Positions 46,861 to 55,466 of a stretch of DNA of 64,000 nt are shown here, one piece after another. The notes below the pieces were generated by a model, which worked only from the letters and a program-made list of their open reading frames with translations, was not told the DNA's origin and did not search any database. Within the stretch, counting starts at the first letter, position 1. The number at the start of each line of letters is the position of its first letter. The DNA is taken from the sequence record PP695294.1, one strand, 5' to 3'. Position numbers and translations under genes: made by a program.

Positions 46861-48332
46861 TCAACTTATATTCACTTAATGCTGTCACCAACGCAATGAA
46901 ACTGGCGAAACAACACCAGGTTCGTTTGGAAGCTGACGTTGACAGTCCTGTTGGTCTACTGACAAAAGCGACTACGCAGCAGAGCGTTTTCGATACACAG
47001 ATAACCGACGAAGAGTTCTTCCAGTCTCTGCCGGATATCACTGCACTGAAAACGCCGCAGGCCGGTACAGGCGAAGCGTCTGTAATCGCGGACACGGCGG
47101 CGGGTCCAGAAACGCTGAACGTCGAAGACCACGAACCGACACTGTTCGAACTGAAACGTATGGCTATCCAACGTTGTCAGGGTATGCTTGACTTTGCCCG
47201 TAACGTTATTCAGCCGTTTGTTCAACTGGTTATCCAAAACAACCAGGGTATTGAAAACCAGGCAGTTAGCGAAGAATGGGCACTTGTGCCTGCAGGTATG
47301 GACCCGGCGTTGAACTCCCCGGTGGTACAGGCATTAATTGATTCGGTAGAAAACCCGCTGGGCAATGGTACTACGCACCCTGCAGTTAAAGCCAACGTCC
47401 CTGCCGATATCGAACTGCCAGAAACCGGCAGCAAAGCATACGACGATCTGGTTAAAGAACTGTTGAATGCGCTGGGTTGGAATATCAACGAAGCCGTTCG
47501 CAACATGCTCGAAGGGAACATGCTCTCTCCGGTAAGCGACCAGGCACCGCACAACCTGAAACGCAACATTCTGTTTATGCTGCTTTCTGGCTACTACCTG
47601 GAAATGCCGTGGAAAGACTCTGGTCTGAATAGCGGGCAGTGGAAAGCACAGATGCTGCCATTGCATTACAGCTATATCGGTTGGGTTTACGCCTACACCC
47701 AGAACATCGTTACCCGCATCAAGACCGGTAACATTGTCTTCGGATACGACAACGTTGAGAAGAAAGTGTATATCTGTCAGGAAGTGATGGACGACTATCT
47801 GGAAAAAGGTGGTAGCGTTGAAGCGTTACTGGGCGCTATCTACCAGCTGGACGAAGGTGACACCAATGTATCCACGCGTGTAGCTTCACTGTTGGAAAAA
47901 CAGAAAGACTACATCGCTGCCTGGGGCCACCGTTCTGCGATTCAGCGTGCTAAGCTCGACAGCAGTTGGGTAACACGCAATCGCCAGTCACTGAAACAAG
48001 CGTTTAACGTGGCTATCGATGCGACCGATCCTGAACTGTTCTGGCGTGGACAGGACGGTCAGGTAGCAACGCCGGAGTTCGTTAAGAAATCAACGGCAAG
48101 CTTCATCGATTCGTTCTTCACAACCGACACCACAGACATCACTGAGTTCGTTATCAAGGTCTCCGCGACTGAGGTCTTCGGTGAATACGAACTGTCCAAG
48201 CTGATGCTGGATATTCATCGTGGTATGATTGCTAACCGTCAACCTGACGAGGTGGCAACCGACTGGATGATTAACTACGTCCTGGATTGGATTTGTGGCG
48301 GTGTGGTTATTTCTGTACCGAGCAAAGTTTAA
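46857..48332 (+). CDS. Probable head structural protein, 491 aa
   Basis: Lies between the vRNAP beta and protease genes, as in SPN3US-like phages (recalled synteny). Confidence 0.6.
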   Translation: MINLYSLNAVTNAMKLAKQHQVRLEADVDSPVGLLTKATTQQSVFDTQITDEEFFQSLPDITALKTPQAGTGEASVIADTAAGPETLNVEDHEPTLFELKRMAIQRCQGMLDFARNVIQPFVQLVIQNNQGIENQAVSEEWALVPAGMDPALNSPVVQALIDSVENPLGNGTTHPAVKANVPADIELPETGSKAYDDLVKELLNALGWNINEAVRNMLEGNMLSPVSDQAPHNLKRNILFMLLSGYYLEMPWKDSGLNSGQWKAQMLPLHYSYIGWVYAYTQNIVTRIKTGNIVFGYDNVEKKVYICQEVMDDYLEKGGSVEALLGAIYQLDEGDTNVSTRVASLLEKQKDYIAAWGHRSAIQRAKLDSSWVTRNRQSLKQAFNVAIDATDPELFWRGQDGQVATPEFVKKSTASFIDSFFTTDTTDITEFVIKVSATEVFGEYELSKLMLDIHRGMIANRQPDEVATDWMINYVLDWICGGVVISVPSKV

Positions 48333-48341
48333 TAAAGAGAG

Positions 48342-49070
48342 GTGGTCGTGAGCGCCATTGAAACAGCACGTCGTGACGCGACGAAAATTCATGCAGATTT
48401 AGTGGACCAAGGCACGGCCACCATCACCAAAGGGGGATGTTACATTTACATCCCTGTTGGCTTCGTGGCTAAAGAGCTGGCGGTAATTTCTTCGCAAGTA
48501 GAAATCGTCGGTATTTTCGCTATCTCCACTGACCGCAAAACCTACGGGGTATCGAACGTCACGACGTTCATTGAAATTACCCCGTCGGCGTTTGAGGAAA
48601 TTGATGTTCAGGGTGTGCCGTATTACGAGTTCCGTTTTGACCCCGGCACGGTGGTGTTCCCCAACCGAATGCTGCAAGTGCTCTCCTCGCCAGTCTACAA
48701 CATCGCTTCGTACATCTACGACTTCGGAAACCGGCCTTTCTGGTACACCGCAGTAGATGACGCTGAGCTATTGTCTGACACTAAGACGTGGAACGGCTTT
48801 ACGGTCTTTAACGACCAGATCACCGCTGACTGTTATGCTGCCCACACACAGCGTAAGGTTGGCGACCCGCGGACGTATTTCCGCTACACCCTGAAAAAAG
48901 ACAGCGATTTGATGAATCGGGTGCAGTTTATTCCGCTGCGTTCAGGTTCATTGAACAAAACTTCCCGGTTGGCCAAGATCGCAGATGTGGAACTGAAACA
49001 GGGTATCCGTTCTGCACTCCAGGTCGATCCGGTACGTGCAGAGCCACTCGAGGATTTGTATATGAGGTAA
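48342..49070 (+). CDS. Probable virion RNA polymerase beta' middle fragment (SPN3US gp244-like)
   Basis: Size and position immediately before the prohead protease; no bacterial motif recognised directly. GTG48348 is an alternative start. Confidence 0.55.
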   Translation: MVVSAIETARRDATKIHADLVDQGTATITKGGCYIYIPVGFVAKELAVISSQVEIVGIFAISTDRKTYGVSNVTTFIEITPSAFEEIDVQGVPYYEFRFDPGTVVFPNRMLQVLSSPVYNIASYIYDFGNRPFWYTAVDDAELLSDTKTWNGFTVFNDQITADCYAAHTQRKVGDPRTYFRYTLKKDSDLMNRVQFIPLRSGSLNKTSRLAKIADVELKQGIRSALQVDPVRAEPLEDLYMR

Positions 49071-49132
49071 CTGAGGTAGGGTTATTGTACGTCCCCAATA
49101 ACCCGCTTCGGTAATAACAACTGGGGAAACCA

Positions 49133-49936
49133 ATGGAAAACTTGTCACTACGTTATAACTGCGTGGCACTCGCTGGGGTCAATAAAGGGGCAACGCTAAA
49201 GAAAGATGCGGACGGATATTACTACGTCCTGTTAGGTGCACTGAATATTTTCAACTCTGAGAATATTTACTACGCCTATAACGAGTCAAAACATGTCTTC
49301 GAGCGCTCTAACGTTTTCATGCGTAAAGTTTTGGCGGGGAATCTCTTCGGTGAAGAAGACCATCCGCAATACGAACAAGGCATGAGCGAAGCCCAGTGGA
49401 TCGAACGTAACGAATGGATCGAAACGCGTAACGTGTGTATGCACATTCGCGAAGTAGAAGTGAAGCCGACCGACCAGATGTGTAACGGTCTGCCGGTGAT
49501 GGAAATCTGGGGTTGGATTAAACCTAACCGTGAACGTGGTCCGCTTCTGGCGGAAGCACTAGAGAACCCACATCAGAACGTGTGTTTCTCACTGCGTGCT
49601 ATCGTTCGTGAAGGTCGTCTGGGTACGACAATCGTACGCCGCATCGATAAACTGGTCACCTTTGACTGGGTTATTGAAGATGGCCTGCAAATCTGTAACA
49701 AATACTCTGCGATTCAACGCGGTAGTAAAGTGGCACAGGAATCTACTCGCACTTACGTCGACCGCCCTATCAGTCGTCAAGTGTTGGAAGACATTCTGTA
49801 CAATCCGACAACGACCAGCGCTGTTGCCACTGAGTCCCGTCGTGGTGCTCTCCAGCAACTCGCGCAGGAATACCTGCAGCTGGCTCCGAAAGTGTCCAAT
49901 CTGCGGGTAATGGGCATGGGTGTAAGGAGCTGGTAA
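49133..49936 (+). CDS. Prohead protease (phiKZ gp175 / T4 gp21-like)
   Basis: GEEDHP (His77), CFSLRA (Ser153), TFDWV; C-terminal AQE203 and ATE234 self-cleavage-type sites. Confidence 0.9.
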   Translation: MENLSLRYNCVALAGVNKGATLKKDADGYYYVLLGALNIFNSENIYYAYNESKHVFERSNVFMRKVLAGNLFGEEDHPQYEQGMSEAQWIERNEWIETRNVCMHIREVEVKPTDQMCNGLPVMEIWGWIKPNRERGPLLAEALENPHQNVCFSLRAIVREGRLGTTIVRRIDKLVTFDWVIEDGLQICNKYSAIQRGSKVAQESTRTYVDRPISRQVLEDILYNPTTTSAVATESRRGALQQLAQEYLQLAPKVSNLRVMGMGVRSW

Positions 49937-49939
49937 AAA

Positions 49940-50569
49940 ATGGCAGAACATATCGACCCGTCATTAGAGCGGTGGTGTGAACGCCAGATGCCGCACGTCG
50001 CCAAAAAGTTGACGTTGCGTAAACTGACTGAACAGCCGCTGCATTTAAGCAAGTGTAAGATACCGACGTTTTCGCCGCGTATCCCACTTTCGTGCGCGCC
50101 AGATGAAGACAAGACCGTGCCCAGGATTTGCTGCTCGGTAGATTTAGAGCGAGCGATTAAGGGTGCACGTCACAACTTCTCTGCAATCGAAATACCCACA
50201 CGATTGTATCTTTACGGTTTTGATGAACGTGATGTAGCGCAGCCTTCGGTCAACCTGACGCAGGAACCGAATCGGGCGGGTGAAGTATGGATTGTACCGC
50301 ACCGCATGTCGAACTGGGATATCAAACCGATTTACCTGGGCGAGATGCGGTTGTCAGAACTTCGCAACGGTGGCCATGTTTTTGTCTATCACTTAAGTTT
50401 CGGACAAGACGTGCGCCTGTCTACCAGTCAACTGTTGAAAGCCGGCGAATTTTATCGACTGGTTATCAGCGTCAACTGGGAGCGCAGTGAAGTTAAGGTC
50501 TCGGAGGCGGTCGCCACTGCGCGTACTGCTTTTGATAACGCACTGAACGAATACGTCGTTTCACCGTAG
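49940..50569 (+). CDS. Hypothetical protein, possible ADP-ribosyltransferase-like fold, 209 aa
   Basis: LHLS / PRICCSVDLERA / LYLY / GEVWIV spacing resembles the ART core; tentative. Confidence 0.45.
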   Translation: MAEHIDPSLERWCERQMPHVAKKLTLRKLTEQPLHLSKCKIPTFSPRIPLSCAPDEDKTVPRICCSVDLERAIKGARHNFSAIEIPTRLYLYGFDERDVAQPSVNLTQEPNRAGEVWIVPHRMSNWDIKPIYLGEMRLSELRNGGHVFVYHLSFGQDVRLSTSQLLKAGEFYRLVISVNWERSEVKVSEAVATARTAFDNALNEYVVSP

Positions 50570-50624
50570 TGCCTAGTTCGTGGTCTGCAAATCACAACTA
50601 AAAACCACTACAGTAGGGGGACGC

Positions 50625-50924
50625 ATGAAGGTCGTTAACATCGCAATACCTCCGACCCTTCGTTGTTTGACGCCGGAAGAACTGAAAGCGTTAGCGATCT
50701 ACGCCATCCAAGGAAAGGCTGGTAAGGAAGTGCTTGCCGAAATCTTATCGGAACGTTTTGATACAAAACGCAAGGTTAATAACATTATCTCCGGAATCGC
50801 GTCGCTAGATATCATGGCGCTCTATTGCGACATTAAAGAGGCCGGAGTGACAATCGACTATCGCCGTACTTACTTTCTACTCACTGAGCCGTATCGTTCG
50901 AATATGGCAATAAAGCAGATGTAA
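50625..50924 (+). CDS. Hypothetical protein, 99 aa
   Basis: AGGGGG before ATG50625 (the track start 50580 has no RBS). Confidence 0.65.
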   Translation: MKVVNIAIPPTLRCLTPEELKALAIYAIQGKAGKEVLAEILSERFDTKRKVNNIISGIASLDIMALYCDIKEAGVTIDYRRTYFLLTEPYRSNMAIKQM

Positions 50925-50932
50925 TTTTTTAC

Positions 50933-51526
50933 ATGACGTTGGTTTCATGTGTTGGGGAACAAAATAAGGACAAGAAAATGTTTTATCTGGATAGCGATGG
51001 CGTTTTTGCACGCTGGCGTAAATACGTTTTATCCACACATTTTCCCGGAATGACGATTAAAGAGTTTAACGCATTACCTGAACTCCGTCGTCGTAGTTTG
51101 GTTCGTTCGATGTATCAGAACGATCCTGACTTGTTTTACAAACTCGAACCAATTGAGGGTGTAGAGCGAATCCTGGAAACGGTAGATAGACTTTGCGACA
51201 GTTGGGCAATACTCACCTCTGGGTCAGAAGATCACTACGACCACCAATTGGTTGTGGATTCAAAACAACGGTGGTTCATGAAGCACTTTGGGGTACCAGC
51301 TGACAAAGTCATCGTCACCGAAAGTTCAGGGCAGAAGAAAGCTTACGCCTCGCGAGGTAATTTGCTTGTCGACGATTATGGTCGTAACTGTCGAGAATGG
51401 ATTTTGCAAGGTGGCGCGGCAATATGGTCGCGAACTGAAGAACCGAACATTGATGGCATTTGCCTCCAGTGTGAAGCGTTCTACAATGACCCGATTAGTC
51501 ACTCGGGGACACTACTGCAAGTCTAA
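50933..51526 (+). CDS. HAD-family 5'(3')-deoxyribonucleotidase-like phosphatase
   Basis: YLDSDGVFA (motif I), ILTS (II), KQRW / KK (III), LLVDDYGRNCREW..GG.AI (IV). Confidence 0.85.
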   Translation: MTLVSCVGEQNKDKKMFYLDSDGVFARWRKYVLSTHFPGMTIKEFNALPELRRRSLVRSMYQNDPDLFYKLEPIEGVERILETVDRLCDSWAILTSGSEDHYDHQLVVDSKQRWFMKHFGVPADKVIVTESSGQKKAYASRGNLLVDDYGRNCREWILQGGAAIWSRTEEPNIDGICLQCEAFYNDPISHSGTLLQV

Positions 51527-51535
51527 GCTCCACTA

Positions 51536-51578
51536 GGCTCATCCTATCTTCGGATACGGGTGAGTCTTTTTATTTTAT
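51536..51578 (+). terminator. Intrinsic terminator
   Basis: GGCTCATCCTATC-TTCG-GATACGGGTGAGTC (one bulge) plus T-run. Confidence 0.75.
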
Positions 51579-51588
51579 TAATTGCATT

Positions 51589-51616
51589 CAAAAAGAACTG
51601 AGATATATATTACTTA
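51589..51616 (+). promoter_or_regulatory. Candidate phage early promoter containing TATATTAC
   Basis: CAAAAAGAACTGAGATATATATTACTTA, directly after a terminator; TATATTAC is the phiKZ early promoter core. Confidence 0.7.
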
Positions 51617-51672
51617 GGTGAGCGTTACACGTTAACGCTTTAATCGACTATTACCCAGAAGGAGTATTTACA

Positions 51673-52071
51673 ATGACTAACCAACTACGCCAAGACCCGT
51701 TTGTTGCCATGATGCTTTGTGCTAAAGCCGAGAGCAACGAAGCCGATTTAATTCGTCTGTTGACTGATGACGAATACCTTATCTCCGAGCGCGATAAACG
51801 TTTAAAAGAACTCTACAAGCCAGAAACCGGTGAATCGCTCGGCAATCAAGACGCCTGGAAGTTTCTTATTCTCGTTGCTGATGAAGAGTGGCGAGCAAAA
51901 AATCCCATCGTCTGTGATATTACAGACCTACCGTACAAATACGGCGGACTCATCACTAGCGACCTGCATCTTAAACCGTTCTTTGTTGGTAAAGCAATGC
52001 AAGAACTGCAAGATGTTCTTGTTACAGCAACGAACACTTTGAGACGTTTGCGCGCTGAGCAGCTAATCTGA
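51673..52071 (+). CDS. Hypothetical protein, 132 aa
   Basis: AAGGAG RBS. Confidence 0.8.
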   Translation: MTNQLRQDPFVAMMLCAKAESNEADLIRLLTDDEYLISERDKRLKELYKPETGESLGNQDAWKFLILVADEEWRAKNPIVCDITDLPYKYGGLITSDLHLKPFFVGKAMQELQDVLVTATNTLRRLRAEQLI

Positions 52072-52125
52072 TCTCTCAAAAATCACGAATCGTACAAATC
52101 CTTTGACTGTGTAGGAAGGAATAAA

Positions 52126-52515
52126 ATGAAAATCGCAGAGGGGTTAGTAGATGCGTGCAGAGACCCATTCACGCTATGGGTTCTTTGTGGCTTGCGCCGA
52201 GACGATCGTTTCGGTGAGTTTGTTCGAAATCCGGATGCTTTACTAAGCTTCGTAGAAAGCGAGGAGAAGCGTTTAGAGGAGATTAAAGAGGAAAGTAGTA
52301 CCCTTACACCAGATATGGTGGTTTATAGCCGTATGACGTCACACAGGTGGCGTACGACCCATCGGCTGAAGGGAACCTCAATGAAGGAATTGATTGAAGG
52401 GTTATCAAAGGCGCTTTCGTCTGATAACATTATCTGGCCGGTGGTGTATACCAACGAAGACCATTCTGATAACGTGAAGGTTACACTGACACGTTGCTAT
52501 CACACATTCTCGTAG
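52126..52515 (+). CDS. Hypothetical protein, 129 aa
   Basis: AAGGA RBS. Confidence 0.8.
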   Translation: MKIAEGLVDACRDPFTLWVLCGLRRDDRFGEFVRNPDALLSFVESEEKRLEEIKEESSTLTPDMVVYSRMTSHRWRTTHRLKGTSMKELIEGLSKALSSDNIIWPVVYTNEDHSDNVKVTLTRCYHTFS

Positions 52516-52549
52516 TAGTTAATCGACCATTATCGTAAGGAATATTTAC

Positions 52550-53221
52550 ATGCAGGGCACTGAACTCAACAAACTTTGGGAAAAACTGGTTCGTCAATTC
52601 CGCGACTTCTATCGTTATACCGATAGTGCGCATCGCATGGATCACATCAACTCAGTTAAATCAAATGCGATTCGTATCGCGTATATGCTTGGGCAAACCG
52701 AACACCTGAAGCTGATACTGATTGCGGTGGCAGCTCACGATATCTTCTCTACCAAAGAAGACCGTGCGTCGCACCACATCAAAGGGTATAGCTGGATACT
52801 GGATAACAAGCCAGTGCTCAAACGTAAGTATAAACTTACCGATGATGAATGTTTGACGATTGCCCATGCAGTCTTAGAACACCGCAGTTCTCACAAAGGG
52901 AACTACAACGGGATTGTCTCTGAGATAGTTGCCGCAGCTGACCGTGGTATACCGTCTGTAGATGACGTGAGCAATTACATGCACCGTTCTTATCTGTTTG
53001 CCCGTGAACAGGGTAAAAGTAAAGGCGATGCAAAATTCCATGCCGTTGGTCACGTCCAACAGAAGTTCGGACGCAACGGTGTTAGTAATGTCCCTAGTTG
53101 GTACGGTACGCTCTTCGCAGAGCGCATTCTGGAACGCAGGGATTTCGTGGAGCAGCTAGATATTAGCTATTTCACAGATACCATTATCGACGACCTCGAA
53201 GCTCGTCTTTCACACGATTAA
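52550..53221 (+). CDS. HD-domain phosphohydrolase
   Basis: AHRMDH, AAHDI, SHH, LEHR, AAADR metal-ligand pattern. Confidence 0.85.
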   Translation: MQGTELNKLWEKLVRQFRDFYRYTDSAHRMDHINSVKSNAIRIAYMLGQTEHLKLILIAVAAHDIFSTKEDRASHHIKGYSWILDNKPVLKRKYKLTDDECLTIAHAVLEHRSSHKGNYNGIVSEIVAAADRGIPSVDDVSNYMHRSYLFAREQGKSKGDAKFHAVGHVQQKFGRNGVSNVPSWYGTLFAERILERRDFVEQLDISYFTDTIIDDLEARLSHD

Positions 53222-53247
53222 TCACACTGACCTTAAGGAATATTAAG

Positions 53248-53736
53248 ATGGCTGAAGTAACTTCAATGAAAGCACTGCACAAACTGATCGCTGAACTGGA
53301 CACGCCGGCAGCAACCCTGTCCGAAGACCTGGCGCTGAACGCCGACCCGCTGGTTAAGATTTACGAAGAAACACTCCCCGTAACGAAAGTTGGGGATGTG
53401 GACTATCGCTTCACACTGGAAGACGCGGACGCTCTGCGACAGCACGACGCAAACTTCACTGAACTGTTCGGTGGCGTTGCCGGTGGTCTGATTGCTGACC
53501 GTGCGAAAGCGGATAGCGATATCGGTGCACTGGACTTAACGCTGGATATCGGTAACGCAGCATTCTCTACCGTGTTCTCTCGCCCGGTTACTGAAAACCC
53601 AACTCAGAAAGAATGGGCAGCGTCCATCTCTTACGGTTTCGGTTCTCCAAAGTCTAAAGCGTTGGAAGGCAAGCTGCGTAAAGAGTTTGCCAAGTCCATG
53701 ATGGCAACCGATGAAGAAGACGAAGACGACGAATAA
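53248..53736 (+). CDS. Acidic hypothetical protein, 162 aa, D/E tail
   Basis: AAGGA RBS; ends TDEEDEDDE. Confidence 0.8.
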   Translation: MAEVTSMKALHKLIAELDTPAATLSEDLALNADPLVKIYEETLPVTKVGDVDYRFTLEDADALRQHDANFTELFGGVAGGLIADRAKADSDIGALDLTLDIGNAAFSTVFSRPVTENPTQKEWAASISYGFGSPKSKALEGKLRKEFAKSMMATDEEDEDDE

Positions 53737-53939
53737 TGATTCCGTCCAGCCCAAAGGAACTCGCTGAGCTACTCGGGGCTAAAGTGGAATGTCATCCTAA
53801 TGTGAATCCTGCTACTGGGTTACGTTGGGATGGCACCATTGCGTCACACGAGGAAATCGGTCTCACCGTCACCTTCCCTAAACCTATGCCGAAGCCGCTG
53901 CAGTTAGAAGGGCTTGCTTCGCTATACGGTCGGAAGTAG
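53736..53939 (+). CDS. Hypothetical protein, 67 aa
   Basis: TAATG coupling; terminator follows. Confidence 0.65.
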   Translation: MIPSSPKELAELLGAKVECHPNVNPATGLRWDGTIASHEEIGLTVTFPKPMPKPLQLEGLASLYGRK

Positions 53940-53947
53940 TAAACAAT

Positions 53948-53980
53948 GGGGTGGTCTTATGACTGCCCTATTTTTTTTTT
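53948..53980 (+). terminator. Intrinsic terminator
   Basis: GGGGTGGTC-TTAT-GACTGCCCT plus long T-run. Confidence 0.8.
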
Positions 53981-53995
53981 GATTTTGGAGCTACA

Positions 53996-54538
53996 ATGAA
54001 GCAACTTAATACTCTCGGTCAGGATGATATCAAACCGATTCCATCTGATATGAAACGTGAAGACATTATTCGCCACATCAATCAGATCGGTGACGTGTTT
54101 ACGTTGTCCATGAAAGCTATACTGGAAGATGCTTTCGAAACCATTGCCGAATATCCGGTTGAAATCATCCCGCACACCATCAACGGCTACCAACGTTTTC
54201 TCGACACGATCACCAAAGGTAGTAGCGGTCGTATTATCGCGGGTTTTATCATTCGCTTTAAATGTCTGTTGCAGGTAGAATTGGGTGACGATGTACTCCG
54301 TCGGCTGGAACACGAACTCATTAGCATGTCCGCCAACGACATTCTCGCGGCAGAATCAGGGCAAGGTTATAAAGACGGGATGTCTCTCTGGAAGATTGCC
54401 CACCCTGACTTGGGTGATGTTCAACCACCGTCTGAATTCGATGTGCTCGTAACCTATCTGTTATTGCTGCAAATCAAGAACTTGCTGATTCGTGCCAATG
54501 CGCAGCGTGAAATTGATGCTGGCCAACCGAAAAAATAA
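53996..54538 (+). CDS. Hypothetical protein, 180 aa
   Basis: GGAG RBS. Confidence 0.8.
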   Translation: MKQLNTLGQDDIKPIPSDMKREDIIRHINQIGDVFTLSMKAILEDAFETIAEYPVEIIPHTINGYQRFLDTITKGSSGRIIAGFIIRFKCLLQVELGDDVLRRLEHELISMSANDILAAESGQGYKDGMSLWKIAHPDLGDVQPPSEFDVLVTYLLLLQIKNLLIRANAQREIDAGQPKK

Positions 54539-54585
54539 AACGTACCTCTCTCCAAATGGAGAGAGGTAACGCTTGTTTTTTTTTG
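54531..54585. terminator. Bidirectional terminator
   Basis: A-run, TACCTCTCTCC-AAAT-GGAGAGAGGTA, T-run. Confidence 0.85.
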
Positions 54586-54587
54586 TC

Positions 54588-55463
54588 TTAGCGCATCTGG
54601 TTGGCCATCTGCTCGTCGGAGACAGAGTTGTAGCCACCTGGGGTTGCGTTGACGTCCGGGTTGATACCATCGGTCTGCTGAGACGGAGTAAGCCACAGTT
54701 TGCGCTCGTAAGGACGCAGACCGTACAGCTTCATACGCTCCAGCTCTTTCGCAGCAGCCTGCATCGGACCCCAACCTGTCCATTGCTGGGAGGTAAAGGC
54801 GATTGACAGTTCGTTAATCTGCGGACCGGTGTTGGTTTCACGCTCACCGATATCCTGGCCGGCGGTTTCCGGAATCATGTTCGTTAACCACCACGCATTC
54901 TGCGGTTTACGCTGATATGCATCCGGTTCGATGAACAGCACGGTCATGCTGTACATATCCGGCAGGTGGTCAGGAACGTTCGGGTTGATTGCGGCCAGGC
55001 CTGGGTGACCAGTCTGGGGATCGCAAACACCGTAAACCAGCCACGCCCACAGCATGTTCTGGTACACCTTCCCGAGTTTATCCGGGGTGGTGAAGGTAAC
55101 AGAGGACAGTGCTTCCGTTACCAGACCAGCTTCATACTGGGTGCGGTTGTTACGGCCCTGTTGAGTTTCAACTGCCGCATGGCTCAGGGTTTTATCCAGA
55201 CCAGTAATCTCGGAGTGAACCTCGATAAAGGACTTGATAGCCTGACGCCACATCTGCGGGTTCGGCATGTAATCCACCCAACGAGGGAATTCCATGACAC
55301 GCGCAATGACGTTACGACGCAGACGAGAGGCGTTAGTAACGAACTTGCCAACCTGTCCAACCGGGCCGTTTTGGCCCGAGGAGAACGCGTTGACCATATC
55401 GTACTGGCCGCCGTCGACGTGCAGACCCTGATCAGGCAAAATGAGACGATCTTTGATTGCCAT
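54588..55463 (-). CDS. Tail tube protein (phiKZ gp30-like)
   Basis: 291 aa, directly downstream of the sheath gene; YSMTVLFIEPD...WWLTNMIP, LSIAFT. Confidence 0.85.
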   Translation of the reverse strand: MAIKDRLILPDQGLHVDGGQYDMVNAFSSGQNGPVGQVGKFVTNASRLRRNVIARVMEFPRWVDYMPNPQMWRQAIKSFIEVHSEITGLDKTLSHAAVETQQGRNNRTQYEAGLVTEALSSVTFTTPDKLGKVYQNMLWAWLVYGVCDPQTGHPGLAAINPNVPDHLPDMYSMTVLFIEPDAYQRKPQNAWWLTNMIPETAGQDIGERETNTGPQINELSIAFTSQQWTGWGPMQAAAKELERMKLYGLRPYERKLWLTPSQQTDGINPDVNATPGGYNSVSDEQMANQMR

Positions 55464-55466
55464 CTA

